Below, piece after piece: positions 1-13,662 of a stretch of DNA of 48,484 nt. The notes under the pieces were generated by a model, which was not told the origin of the DNA, did not search any database, and was given only the letters and a program-made list of their open reading frames with translations. The DNA lies in the NCBI GenBank assembly GCA_001642005.1, contig LWCA01000137.1:1-48484 (forward strand). Direction: 5' to 3'. Source of the DNA: Intoshia linei. Taxonomy: Eukaryota; Animalia; Orthonectida. The translations under genes were made by a program, and so were the position numbers. The stretch's first letter is position 1; the number at the start of each line of letters is the position of its first letter.

Positions 1-1980
1 TTGTCAAAAATCAAACTGAAACATCCTTCACATTAGTTTAATAAAATTTAATTTTAATTAATAATGTTTGTGAGAACTACGGCTCAGAATATATCAATAA
101 ATTTCATTTTTTTGAATTAATAATGTTAATAAAACATTTTTTAAAAATTAAATAATTTTTTTCGAGAATAAACCAAAAAGTCAAAAAATTTAAAAAGTTT
201 GAGAACTCCTAATATAAAACATTCAAAAACTCCAATGAGTTGTTAATTCTTAAAAAAAAAAGAGAATAATTTACTTTGAATTTAATCTATATTGATGAAT
301 AATATATTTTAACTATCATTTTACCATTGTTCCCAAAATGGAACATTTGAACCTATCGGACTCGGAGCTCCTAAGAGTGAAATTTTTTGTGGGGGCCTTA
401 GTTATCATATATTCGACAACATATGTAAAGTAAGAGTATCTGCGATCACGACAACCTTGAGCAGCGGGACAAAATTTAATGAAGCAACCACAAGACTTCA
501 CATTTTCATATAAAACAAATTTACTAATATGATTTAAAATTTAAACTGACAGTAAAATTTTTTTAGATTTAGATATAAGTATTTTATAAAAGTATTCCCG
601 ACTTTTTTTGTCTCACGCCCTAAAAATTTTTTCATATGAAAAGTTGGAAATGATGCTAATACACACAAATCAAGTAACAATGCACCACTTTAAACACATT
701 ATATGATGGAACACATCACAGCTAAAAAATAGATTTCTGATAATCAACATTTTTTTAAAAACGGATGCATTGACAAGTACGAATTTATCAGCAATAAAAT
801 TTAGATAAACAGTAGGGATATTACATTTTTCTAATATAAAAATGACATATATAGAAAATAAGCGCCGCTTAATTTGCTGCAGAATGATATTAATATTTTT
901 AATTTTTATCCAAAAAACCCCCAGCATCTTGAAGTTTAAAGTTTTCATTTTATGATTTCTGTTAGTTTACTATTTTAAATTTTAATAATCAGTTTTCGTG
1001 TTAATAAATTTAATTAAAATACAAATTTTAAATCTATCTGAATATATAAAACTTTTAAAAATGTCAAATATTGAAATGATTTGATCATTTTAAAGTTTAC
1101 AAGAAATGTCCGAAATATTTTCATATTTTATTGAATCAAACTGTATAATGATGACTATAGAACCTTGTGAAAGATAATTTTCGACATTAATTAATGTTAA
1201 TAAATAAACAATTAAAGTTGAAAATATATGTTCAAAAATTATAAATAAATTTAATTTAAATTCGTACCAATTTTTTATTTTCTCAAAAATGTTCTTATGT
1301 AAAAAAATATGAATAGTATCTACCATAAAATATTCACAAAAGTGATGAATTGAATTTTATCATTTTTAAATTCGTTTACTCTTAATATTATAAACTTAAC
1401 AAAATTATTTTTTTACAATAATACTTAAAAATTATTTGAGTAGTAACATTTAAAATATTTTGACCCAGTTCATATAAATTCATGTCTTTTTTTAAAAATA
1501 ACGAAAAGTTTTTCCGTGAACTGTGTCTAAAATAAACGATTTTTTACTGATTTTTTTTTAATTAATATGATAAGTGTCACATGATCTATATTATATCTTT
1601 AAATTATAACAAATGCATGACAACAACGGAAAAAAAATGTTAGGAAAACAGAAAAGAGATGCGTGGGTTTTTTTGTAACAAAAATAAAAAAAATTATATC
1701 ATTCTGTAGCCAATAAAATAGAGATTATTATCTATGTCTTTTTTAAATTTCAAAAAAAGTCCAAATTGGAAATTCATATTTGGAATAACCCTAATAAACA
1801 GTATTGTTATTATAGGAATACATTTCAATATTTTCAAAAAAATAAAAATTGGTAGTGACACAATTATCAACCATGCCTTGACAGGTCCACAACTTTAAAT
1901 TATGTCTGGCTAGTAACTTTAAAAATTATTCACACAAATCCGTACCGCCTGAATAAAAAATAAATTTGTTCAAAATATAC

Positions 1981-4410
1981 CATTCCTTCCATTCCGTGAG
2001 GTAACAGCAAAACTAAACCACACTGTCTAATCCATTTAGCTTGACCAGAACTGAGAAATTGATCAATTATACACTGAGCATTATTTACAAAATCACCAAA
2101 CTGGGCTTCCCATATTATCAATGAATTTGGATTATGCATGGAAAATCCCAATTCAAATCCCATCACAGCAAATTCTGAAAGAGAACTATTACACACAGTA
2201 TATTTTTCTTGGTCCAGTGAAATATTATCGAGAGGGACGTACTTTTTACCTAAATTGTCTTGATCCATAATTACATGATGGCGATGACTAAACTGATTTA
2301 TTGAAAAATAAAATCACATAAATCAAAATAAAAAATTTGAAATAACCTAAACGTGCCTCTTTCAACGTCCTGTCCACTTAAACGGACATGAACCTTATCC
2401 AAAAGTAACGACCCAAAAGCAAAAGCTTCGCACATGGCCCAATCAAAAGTTTCAATATCCATCATTTTTTTACGGTTATTTAAGATGCGTAATAAGCCTT
2501 TATAGTAGTTGACTTTGGATTTTGGAATATCGTTGAAAACGTTCCCAATTTTATGAAGAGTGTCTAGAGATATACCAGTTTCTTTAATTTTCATTGGGTC
2601 TTGGTTATCAAAAAAATTATTCCATGGTGAATCTAACCAATCTCGATTGGTATGTATATGTGGGGCGTTTTTGGCGGCATCGTGTCCAGCGTCCAATTGT
2701 TTTTGATAACCTTCAATTTGTTTTTGGTACTCTTCAAGTGTAATTACGTTTTCGTTCAATAGTTTAGTTGAATATTGTTTTAGTAGTTTGGGTAAATTTC
2801 GAATTTTTTGGTACATGCATGGTTGAGTAAATTGCGGTTCATCCGTTTCATTGTGACCATTACGCCGGTAGCACACCAAATCAATCACGATGTCTCTTTT
2901 CTTTTTCATTCTCCATTCAGCAGCCACTTTTGATACGTGCATGACGGCTTCAGGGTCATCAGCATTAACGTGAAGTATTGGAGCATTTATAACTTTTGCA
3001 ACATCAGTACAGTAAATGGAAGACCTGGCATCCCTCGGATCAGTAGTGAATCCAATTTGATTGTTTACAACGATATGAATAACCCCATGCGTTTTATACA
3101 TGTTTAAATCACTTAAATGCAAGGTTTCGTACACTACGCCTTGACCACTGAATGCTGCATCGCCGTGCAGAATAATTCCCATTGTTTTAGATCCATCAGT
3201 GTCATTGTTATAAAATTGGTCAGCTTTGACTTTTCCAAGAACGACTGGCCCAACAGCTTCGAGATGAGAAGGGTTTGCTACCAAAGACATGCTAATGTCT
3301 TTCCCTGAGAATTTATTAACAATTTCATTATGTAACCCCAAATGATATTTTACATCACCACTATTATCACTTGTATCTCCGTGACTTACATCAAATTGAG
3401 CAAATATTTGTTCCAAAGGTTTTCCCAATACATTAGCTATAACATTTAGTCTCCCTCTGTGGGGCATCCCAAAAATATATTTTTCAAGTCCTTGCTCCGA
3501 ACAGACATCCACAATCGTCTTAATAGCTGGTATTAAAACTTCACATCCTTCCAAACCAAACCTTTTTTCCGAAGACCACTTCTTTGCCAAATACTCTTCA
3601 AAATTGGTTGATCTAATTAATCTATTCAGTAATACCTTTTTTTCAACATTGGACATTGTTCTAATATTAGGTGTTTCAAATTTTCTTCTTATCCACTGTA
3701 AACTATCACGATCGGATAAATACGAGTATTCTACTCCAATAGATTTACAATAACTATCTTCCAATCTTTTAATAATTTCTCGCAATGGTAATTCTTTTTC
3801 ATTTGCACCGCCTATAAAAGTTGTTTCAGGCAATTTAAAAACTTTGTCCAAATCAGAGTTTCCTAGATTGAAGGATTCAATCGATAAATTTTTAATATCT
3901 TCAGCAATTTCTGTATTTAATCTGTACGGCATATCCAACGGGTCTAATCGAGATTTTAAATGTCCACGAATTTGAAAACTACGAATAATTCCTTGTACAG
4001 TCAAGTGGTCTCCAATTCTACTATTGATCATGCCATTTTCTAAAATGGGTTTATTTTTGTTTGAAATTTCAAAGTCTTCTTCGGCTTCCATGTTTTTAAA
4101 ATAAGTGTTCCATTCCTAAACAAAAGAATGGAAAAAATAATAAATTAAATACCTTGCTAACTGAATTTGGTTCTTTTTTCCATTCCTCATATAAATTTTC
4201 GAAATAAACGATGGAGGTTCCATTTAACCAGTTGGTTTGGTTGAGCATATCATAATAAGAAAGGTCGACGCCAGATGATCTTTTTCGGTTAGTGAGAATT
4301 TGGTTAAAATTACCTTTATTGGTGGATACAAATTTTGAATAATTTTGAGTTTGAATTTGACTCAACGGAATTTTCCGAAAACACATTTTTAGATTTTTAA
4401 AGGTTAACAT
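1981..4410 (-). CDS. OGDH: 2-oxoglutarate dehydrogenase E1 component, mitochondrial (5' three exons; C-terminal exons not found in window)
   Basis: Exons 4410-4153, 4115-2347 and 2287-1981, joined by a 37-nt and a 59-nt GT-AG intron. Splicing restores ...PNSVSK|EWNTYFKN... and ...ERGTFS|HRHH.... Motifs [34 protein letters not shown] (TPP binding), [12 protein letters not shown] and WEAQFGDF are present. Ends at a donor after LLPHGMEGM. Confidence 0.97.
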
Positions 4411-5914
4411 TTATAAGTATCAATATGTTAATAAAATACTGTCAATAATATTTAGTGGTGTAATTTATTTTATCAAATGTTTATTTATGAGTATGAATAT
4501 ATGATAATAAATACTTGATTAATATTCACTATGATATGATCAAAAATAAAGTTATGACATCAATGAAACTGATTGATGTGAATTTTGTAATTTGCAAACG
4601 GGGATATTATTTGTTGTTTGCAATGTTTTTAATTATTGGAAATATACATATAATAATTTTAAAAATTGAAAATCAAATTTAGTATGCCTACTTTTTCGAC
4701 ACAATTTTGCTGAGAGAGATGTGATAAACTATTCTCCATTAAAAACCAACTACCTAAGTCGAGGCTACCAAAATAAAAAAATTTGAAAATAGACAAATAG
4801 TTTTGGCTTTTTTTTAATATAGTTTCTTTCACGGTTTTAATGCGATTAAGCCATTCAAGTTATCAAAAATAAAGAATTTTTCTAGTTTATCAATACATTC
4901 TAGATATAATGTCATTTTCTATATCGATTTCACTACAGGTAGAATAATCAATGCTGTCTGCTTGATTGATGTTTTCCTCTATGGGCGTTATCAAAGAATC
5001 CATGAATTCATCGTTACTATATTCGTTTTCATCATATACAGGGAATTAATCTTTGACATTTCCATTATTTTTTACATACATTTTTTATTTCAGCTCAGTG
5101 AATCTTTGAAAACGCGGGAAATCTTTTACTCAGTATTAAAACATCCTAAGAATAAGTTTTTTATGAATAAAATACCATTAAAGTTTTAAACATTGTCATA
5201 TATTGCTTCAGATATGATGTAACAGACACATAAATTTTTTTAAAAATAAAACAAGTAGTGAGTCAGTTCAGTGAAACTCTATCTGTATTAATTGAATTAT
5301 ATTAACTAATATACAATTTCAATCTGTCGTAATTACATGAAATACATTGTTACATCGATAATCTTAAAATAATCCAAGGAAATGTGAATCTATTCGATTA
5401 ACATAGTCATTTTGTAAAAATAATTTTTCTAAATTATTTTGGCTTCAAAGATTTAGTCCTGAGTCAGAACTCCTGATGAATCGTTTCTATCGACAAATAC
5501 TTTAGGGTATAAAATACTTTTTTCCTGGTAACATTTTGCTTTAACGGTAGCGCAGGATCGTATTCGTTCTCAAAATAAATAATAACACCATAGGATACCA
5601 TTGAATTTCGAATGCACAGTAGACGCTTGAAAAGTGACCACTTCGTATAGGTAAAAACCTCCCAAAAGTGACCAATTTTTTAGATGCTATAACAAAACTA
5701 TACTAATGTAAATTAATTTTACTTCTAAAAGTAAACTAAATATCAAATAGAAATAAATGTCTGGGTTACCCAGATTGGGTATAGCAATTAGAAAACAATT
5801 GTATCTAAGGATAACATGCTGAGATTGTTTAATTATTAATTTTGGAATGCGCCTTATTCCAGTCTATTTACAAAAATTGTTAATTAAAATTTTATTTAAA
5901 ATAAAGTTAATTTT

Positions 5915-5920
5915 CACGTG
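5915..5920. promoter_or_regulatory. E-box CACGTG (within TCACGTGA) just upstream of the bystin ATG
   Basis: Palindrome 14 nt before the ATG at 5934. Myc-type E-boxes near the start of ribosome-biogenesis genes are established in animals; function here is inferred. Confidence 0.4.
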
Positions 5921-5933
5921 ACAAATTAAAATA

Positions 5934-7935
5934 ATGGTTCGAAAAAGATTACAAAATAAGTTGGCATCTCTTCCTCAAGATAAAAACGAACCATTCATAT
6001 GCGCAGAAGTGCAAATAAAGCAATTTAAACCAGAAAAGAAAGAAGTAAAGCAATAATTTCTATTTTACGTTAAATTTTTATTTTAGTCGAAAGCTAGTGA
6101 TTTTGTTTCTTTCGCTGACCGCCGAAAACTACAAAGTAAATTAAATCAGGATTTTAGTGGTTCCGACGATGCACAAAGCGATAACAAGTAAAATAAAAAT
6201 TTTCCATTTCAAAAATTACATTACAAAATGTAACGTTTAGTTTGAATACTCAACTATTGACCGATACAGAGATGAATATGGATAATGAATTTGTAATTTT
6301 TATGAATTTAAGAAATGAATTAAAATTAACTAGGAATGCGATTCTGAAGATGAAAAACTTTTTGATGAAATTCAAAATGAATTGATAGATAATAATGTGG
6401 ATGAACTCGAGCGGGCTCTTACAGTTAAATTTGATTTGAGTAATGAAGAACAAGGTGTATTGGGTAATTGTATCATTATTTTATTTGGAATTTTTCAAAT
6501 TTAGATGAATTAACTGAAAAAGTCGATCCTCGCGTTCTACAATTATACTTGAAAGTTCGAGATGTTTTGTGTAAATTTAAGAGCGGGAAACTACCAAAAC
6601 CGTTTAAAGTTTTACCACAATTAAAAAATTGGGAACGTGTAATTCGCATTAATATTAAATTTATCGTAACTTTAAATAGCGCTTATAAAATTTTTAGCTT
6701 ATTGTAATAACTCGACCTGATAAATGGACTGCACCAGTGATTTCGGAAGCAACTAAACTTTTTAGTGGAGCTACTACAGATTATATAGCTTATACGTAAT
6801 CAATGTTTTTCTTTGTTTTTTATTTTATTAGGTTTTATAATACCATACTTTTACCAAGATTGCTGGATGATTTACAAGCTTTTAAAAAGCTAAATTTTCA
6901 TCTTTATTCGGTTTTTTTATTTTATTTTAGTCTATTCAAGTTTATGTCTGAATCTTTGGATTCAATTTTTTTAATTTTACTTTATTTAATCATTTTTTAG
7001 GCTTTAAAAAAATCAACCTACAGACCTGCTATGTTTTACAATGCAATTATTATCCCAGTGTGCGAAGTTTATTTTATTATTTACTTTTTTATCCTGTTTT
7101 AGAACGGAGATTGCACATTACGAGACGCTATTACATTCTCAAGTGTCATCACTAAATCATCGGTAATGTTGTTTTTGATTTTTTTAACTTTTAATGTAAT
7201 GGTTTATTGATTTTTTTCTTTTGTTTTTAGTAAAATCTAAATTTTATTTTACATATTGTATGTTATTTTGTTTAGATTCCTGTTATCTATTCGGCTGCAG
7301 CTTTATATAAAATTTCAAAATTGGAATATAATGGGGCAAGTATTGTCATCATGAAAGCCATTGTTGAAAAAAAATATTCTCTTCCTTATAGAGCCGTAGA
7401 TGCAGTTGTCGATCATTTTCTAAAGTAACTTATTGATATATACTACTTTTATGAGTTTTATATTGTGTGGTTCTAAATTTTCAATTTTTAAATTATTTTT
7501 ATTTTTTTGTCATAATACAGGGATTTAACATGTGGGGCAAAATCTTGTACATGCAAAATTTTAATTTTAAAATATGTCTTTCCTTTATGACATAAAATAC
7601 CATTAAATTCCTCCTTTTCGGTGTATTTTTAAGTGATGTAATTGATTGATTTTATTTTTTGTGGTGGTATTTGATGCTAATTATTTTTAATATTTATTCT
7701 ATGCTAATTAATATTTATTAGTTTTATGAACGACAAACAAAAATTACCAGTTTTATGGCATCAATTTTTATTGTCATTTGTAGAAATTTATGGTGATTCA
7801 TTTTCCATTGAACAAAAAAAATTAATAATTGATTTGATAAAATTACACAAACATCAATTAATTTCAACGGAAATTTTAAAAAAATTAAACAATCACGAAT
7901 ATAGACAAAATATTTCGAAAATGAATGTTGATTAA
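5934..7935 (+). CDS. BYSL: Bystin (Enp1 homologue, 40S biogenesis factor), about 11 exons
   Basis: ATG at 5934, chain of short GT-AG introns, TAA at 7933-7935. Bystin motifs KFKSGKLPKPFKVLP, TRPDKWT, FYNTILLPR, KKLNFHLY, KKYSLPYRAVDAVVDHFL and LPVLWHQ. Confidence 0.93.
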
Positions 7936-8169
7936 CTGTTTTGTATTTATTGTATTAAAATTTATTTATTTATAAATTCTATTATAATTATAATTAATGT
8001 AATATTATTATGGAGAAAAAACCACTAAATCCAACTCTAATTAGAGAAAATCTATTTTTTTAAAAAATACAATTTTACTGAATCCAAGTTTACTAATCCT
8101 TAAGTAGAAATCTATTTTTTTTGAAAATTGGCTAATTAAAAATATAAGCAATTACATTAAATTTAATAA

Positions 8170-8580
8170 TCATAAGTAATATAAAACTCTTTTTTTCTGT
8201 CTGTGTGTTATTGTTTATATCAATAACTAAGAGTCCTAAAATTTTAAAAATGCTATATTTCTATATAGTTTTTTGCGGGGGAGAAAGTAAGATACATTTG
8301 AATCTTAGCAATTAGTATCTTACCAGTCAAAATATATATATCTAAACCCCAATTATTTTTTTTTTGAAAATCAAAGGAGTCATAGAATTTAAAAAAATAT
8401 GCACTCTGATGCAGATTTTAAAATCATAAACATTATCATAAATTTAAATTTTAAAAAAATACATCTTCGGGACCAAAAACACAAAAATTACCCATTTTTA
8501 AAAAAATAGACATTTTAAAATTATGAACATTCTCATTGATCCACAGCCGAAACCTCAAATTACCCATCATAACTCCCTTT
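8170..8580 (+). repeat. Degenerate copy of the Helitron-like dispersed repeat family
   Basis: Shares the blocks tgtgtgttattgttta, aagtaagata, aaaccccaatta..ttttttgaaaatcaaa and tttaaaatcataaacattatcataaattt with the copies at 13663, 28680 and 32599. Confidence 0.6.
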
Positions 8581-9164
8581 TATATAAAAAACTTTGTTTA
8601 TGTATGTGGTATTATCGTTATTTTGTGAAATTAATAAAACTATTAGTCCTATAATTTAAAAAAAGATCACATTAAGATTACAGCTCTTTTCAATTAAAAA
8701 TTTTAACTTAAAATACATAAAAAATGTAAATGTTAAGTTACGCCTTAATGTTCCAAATAACAATTTACTGTTTACTTTTTTTTGGAATCATTTCAATTTG
8801 ATATAATGAATGGTTCTAGAATTTAAAATTAAAAAATTGTCTTAACACATCAGAGAAGGATTCCTTTTTCTAGATCCAAAGAAAAAAGTTCACCTGCAGA
8901 AATTAATTCATAAGCAAAATAAGACGTTTAAATTTTGAGTGGTCGAATTTCGAATATTTAATTCATTTAGCATAGTAATAAAATGTAGACTCAGTAATTG
9001 CAACGCCCAAGCTGGACCACAGCCAAAAACACCCGTTCTTTTACTCCATATAGAACAGTGGTTCCCGATTCAAATACTATACTGATCCCCATTTTAAAAT
9101 ATTTATTTTTTTGGACCCATAAAGGAAACATGAAATAAATAACATTAAAAAATTAAAGCTTTTT

Positions 9165-9610
9165 TCTAGTAAGATTTGGTAAATTCGAATTTTTCAAAAA
9201 AATATTGGAAAAAGAGGATATTTCCCTTAAATGGGAGTAAAATTAGATTTTCATTTCGGGGTTTGAAATTCCAACTTGGAATAATAGATTTTTTTTTATA
9301 ACATTTTGTAAAATCGTGTTTTTGAAAAAAATATTGGAAAAAGGTGATTTTTCCTTTAATTTAGTTTGGTAAAATTAAATTTTTTATTTTGTGTTTTGGA
9401 AAATTGTATTTTTGAAAAAAATATAGATACTTTTTTTACATACCAGATCGGTATAAGTCGATTTTTCCATGGTGGTTTTAAATGGTAGTTTTTATTAATT
9501 AATCATTAACGGTATAAAAGTAGGATTTTTTAAATAATAAAGTAGCGGTCGTTTAGGCTTTAGGATAAATTCACAACGTCGGGCAACTCTGTAATAAATA
9601 TTAAAAATTC
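9165..9610 (-). repeat. MULE/foldback-type terminal region with ~30-bp subrepeats; inverted homologue of 13076-13425
   Basis: gtagcggtcgtttaggcttt (~9542) is the near reverse complement of aaagcctagacgaccgctac (~13133). Iterated ttggtaaaa units resemble the TIRs of the element at 25677. Confidence 0.6.
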
Positions 9611-10989
9611 TAAAATTAAACAAAAATTGATAAAATTTTTTTATATTATATTTTATTTTAATCTCACGGGCCACCATCGGGACCACTGATATATACCAAA
9701 CTCCTAGAAACATGCCATAAATGATTAAAATACCAATTAAAAAAATTAGCAACAATGACATGCTCAATACGACTTTTTATTTTCGAAATCTTTATCTAAT
9801 ATTTAAAATAAATAAATACAAAATTAATATTAATTAAATTCCTCTAACCTTACGATACTTCGTCATGCGTCACAAATTGTGACTCACAATGTCTCGCCAA
9901 AATCATTATTGTACAATGAAAGATACTAATGATTCATTCACAGAGTTTATTGTTTCATAAATTAAATTATTTTAAAATTTATCCACCATAAATTTGTGGA
10001 ATAACTGTAATCAATAAATGAGGTTTACTACTACTCGACAATATCAAAATATTTAATAAATGTTATTTAAATTTCTCCAATACTCCAGTACTGTTCCAAA
10101 ATCATTTTCCAAATATTACAAATACATTCATTTAAATTTTTAAAGTATTTTTATGTAACTGCAACTTAACTATGGGTAATTTTTGTTTTATGGTTTATTA
10201 TTTATATTTATTAATGGTCAAATCAATTATTAATCTTACCTGATGTTGAGGATAACATTATATGATTTTTTAAATAAAATGATATATACAAATTTAACCC
10301 ATTGACATATCAAATTTTGAATTCTTAGAAAAACGGTCACAGCATATTTTTACAAGACTGATTTACGAAAATTATATATTTATTTCACCCCATAGTTTAT
10401 GAAAAGTTGATCGATTAAAATTCCTCTTGATTAATCTCGATAAATATTGCAGTCACAAAAGTTTTTCATTTAGTATGTTACTCAAATTTCACATGAATGT
10501 AGTACATTTTACCTAAATCGATACTTATTTTTTTGAAACATTAAAAAAATAGAATACAATTATTCATATAAATCAATTAATGATATAATGGACAAGGAAA
10601 CTCAGTTCAATACAAAAAAAGAAACTACTCTAAATGAGAATCGATATTAAAAAATTAATTATAAAAATATCCCATTTATTCAAGTATATCCTGTAGTAAA
10701 TATATCTTTACTGAAATGGAAACATTGTAAAACAAAAATAAACTATTTAAAGGGTGTTTATTCACCTTTACCTATTACAATTATAAATTATTCAGTGAAT
10801 ATGAGAATATTTCAGTAATGTGCGTATTGATTGATTGCAAATGACTAATTAAATATTTATGCAATCTATTGAACCATTTTACAGTGGCGCCGGGTAATAT
10901 ATGACAATAAACAACTTACACAATAACATTTAAAACAACTATTAAAGTTATAAAAGTGAAAAAAACTAAATTGGAACAACATTCTATAA

Positions 10990-11215
10990 TCATAGCTCAA
11001 AAAAGAACAGGTACATAAATAACTGAAAATTGTCAATAAATCAATGCAATAATGTACAAAATATTATGCAACCATAGATTAAGAAATTGACTGATCAGTC
11101 ATCTGTCAAAAGGCAATATTGTACAGTATGGTTAGAACCAGTGAAATTTAAATTATATTGATTATATCGGAAAATTACACACAAATACAAATGCAATTTC
11201 AAGGTGCACCTGACT
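10990..11215 (+). mobile_element. Decayed Ty3/Gypsy pol fragment (RNase H region)
   Basis: Stop- and frameshift-interrupted peptides in the expected order: KYYATID*E (cf. NY...EKELLA), WLE, GKLHTNTNAISR (cf. GK.N..ADALSR). Confidence 0.45.
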
Positions 11216-11696
11216 TGTCAGTTGAAAATTAAATTGTCTGAGATACACATTGCATATTCAATTAACCTTGAGTTCAATGTTAATTCAGAACAGCATTATG
11301 AACTAAAACTATACAATTTTAATTAAAAAAGTTATTATAGAAATTATCTACTTTAATTTCAATGGTATATAAAATAATATAAAGCTCAGCATTTTAATGG
11401 GTTTTGACCTCAACTAACCTTCAATATCTTGGATACTTGTCTAACATAAATTCGTTCAAAAAACAAAATTAATTTCATATTTTGTCTGTCTGTAACGTAT
11501 TTATCATAGTGCACATTTTTTTGAAGAATACATATTCAAATATTGGTTTTCTTTTAAACCCAAACTTTTATCGTTTGGCGTAATTGTATCTTTTATAAGA
11601 GGTTTAGATGGCCTCTCTACAATGTATGTATACTGGCCTCCTAAATTTCTTATGACGGGTATCAAATTAAATACAAGGTTAAATTTAAAAGTTTAT

Positions 11697-11954
11697 TTAA
11701 AAAAGGAATATTACAATAAATAGAATGCATACATAATTTAGAACTATCAATAATATCGACAAGATGAAGGGTACATCAAGCATGTACTTTATGAAAATTA
11801 TCAATAGACTGAATTTTATCATATTCGAGTATGATGCCAAAAAACGTAGTGATATTCCGTAATATTGTACGTCGTCTATAGGTCGTCTTATGGCCAACAG
11901 TTTTCTATTCATGTAAGAGTGTTGAAATTGTCGATTTTTCAAAAAGCGTTCCAA
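11697..11954 (-). CDS. Probable exon of an unidentified gene (hydrophobic C-terminal half)
   Basis: The open frame starts right after an acceptor-like ttttaatag and has coding-like composition. I could not join it confidently to neighbouring exons and recognise no motif. Confidence 0.3.
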   Translation of the reverse strand: MERFLKNRQFQHSYMNRKLLAIRRPIDDVQYYGISLRFLASYSNMIKFSLLIIFIKYMLDVPFILSILLIVLNYVCILFIVIFLF

Positions 11955-12361
11955 CTATTAAAAGTACAAATATAGATCCATAATCACTTTTATCAACTTG
12001 TATATACATCAGTGGTTCCCGATTGGGGCTCCCTGGACTCCTTGGGTCAAAAACTATATATCTGAGGCAGTATCGAGCCTACCATACCTGAGACCCTCTT
12101 TGGGCCACAATTTTTTGAATATCATAACATTTTGTGTGTTTAATTTAAAATATCAAGTCAAGAGCTTTAGACAGGTCCATAGGACTATAAACACTATGCA
12201 TAGTTTGTAAAAAAAATTTAAAGGCGTATTTTTCATTTTCAAGTGGCCTCGATATAGGTAGGTTCGGCTCTGACCTGGGGTCCGTGAGATCCAATTAAAA
12301 TTCACAAACATTGATAAAACTTTTTTTGTTTAAATTAAAGTGGCCGGAAAAATACGTACTA

Positions 12362-12927
12362 CAGTTGGACCTCGCATTGGGCATCATTTTTTGAAAAGTG
12401 CCCCAAAATCAGGGGTTTTAGTAAGTTATCTAATTTTTCATTGAATATTTAAAATATTACAATACATTATGATATTATGTTTGTTTCTATTAGGGCCAAC
12501 ACTGTTTAGGGTGACATTTTCAAATAAATACCTGATAATCAAAATTTAATAAAAATCTCAAATCAAAGTTATGAATATTTTTGTAATTATATACTTAATT
12601 TTTAGAATTATAGTTACTTTCTAATCTAGAAAAGTAATTAATAATTTATCAGATATTAAAATATAAGCATGATCCATGCATGAATGAAAAATTAATGAAT
12701 TATGATAAATACATATAAAAATGTATGTAAAATATTTCAATAAATATAATTTTAATTTAATGTCATCACTATAGGAATTATACTTATATTTTATATTTAC
12801 ATTTTTGCCCCAAAAGCAAAGTTAATTTCACATATATTGCTATACCATCCATATAAATACTATAATATTAACATAATTCTGAAAAAGTGCCCAAAACACG
12901 AGTATGTCCCAAAGCGGGGTCGAACTG
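12362..12927. mobile_element. Tc1/mariner (pogo-like) MITE
   Basis: TA on both flanks. Imperfect TIRs CAGTTGGACCTCGCATTGGG ... CCCAAAGCGGGGTCGAACTG, with subterminal aaaagtgccc repeats. No ORF. Confidence 0.75.
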
Positions 12928-13075
12928 TACCACTTTTACTTTATTTGGAATAAATTTTAAGCCGAAAAATTTTATTCGTTATCATGGATAAGTAGTTTTG
13001 GCTTCACATTTAACAATAAATAAACTAAAATTGATAGTATGTATTTTTTCTGGTCACTTTATTTTAATAGAAGTT

Positions 13076-13425
13076 TTAATATTTATTACATAGTTGCCAG
13101 ATCATCTGGCCCAGATGTTGCCAATTTATCCCAAAGCCTAGACGACCGCTACATTATTATTTAAAAAATCCCACTTTTATCCCACCATTAATAAAATTTT
13201 ATAAAAAATACCATTTAAAACCCTCAGCGAAAAATTCGACTTTTACCAATCCGTAAAGGAAACATCATCCCAAGATTAATTAATACAAACAATTTTACCA
13301 AATCTTATCAGCCACAATTTCCTAATCCAAAACCCAAAAATATCAAATTTTACCAACACTTAATGTAAAAATTCCATTTTCCAACATTTTTTTAAAAAAC
13401 ATTATTTTTTACCAAATTTTATAAT
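13076..13425 (+). repeat. MULE/foldback-type terminal region with ttttaccaa subrepeats
   Basis: Inverted homologue of 9165-9610, with the same subrepeat as the TIRs of the element at 25677. Confidence 0.6.
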
Positions 13426-13662
13426 CAAGCACTTAATCCTTTCACTGTCCAGTGAAATTTTATGTAATATCACCACACGTCTGGAATTTCTGTTTTAATT
13501 TAAACTTGTATTATTTTAAATGTATTAAAATAAATGTATAATAGTAATTTGATTAATTTTTAGTTCAGTGAATGAAACAAGTCTTAGCCCCTACCAGTAA
13601 CACTAAAAATCACCGTAAAATTAACAAAAACAACTTTAACTAACAATTAAATAATGATATAA

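Noticed and set aside
316-501. GC-richer 61-aa ORF as a possible next OGDH exon
   Set aside because: No GPEHSSAR or other OGDH motif in the frames I read; probably a decayed TE fragment.
5595-5675. gaatttcgaatgcaca resembling 5.8S rRNA
   Set aside because: The match is too short and has no rDNA context. The following cagtagacg..aaagtgacc looks like a DNA-transposon end.
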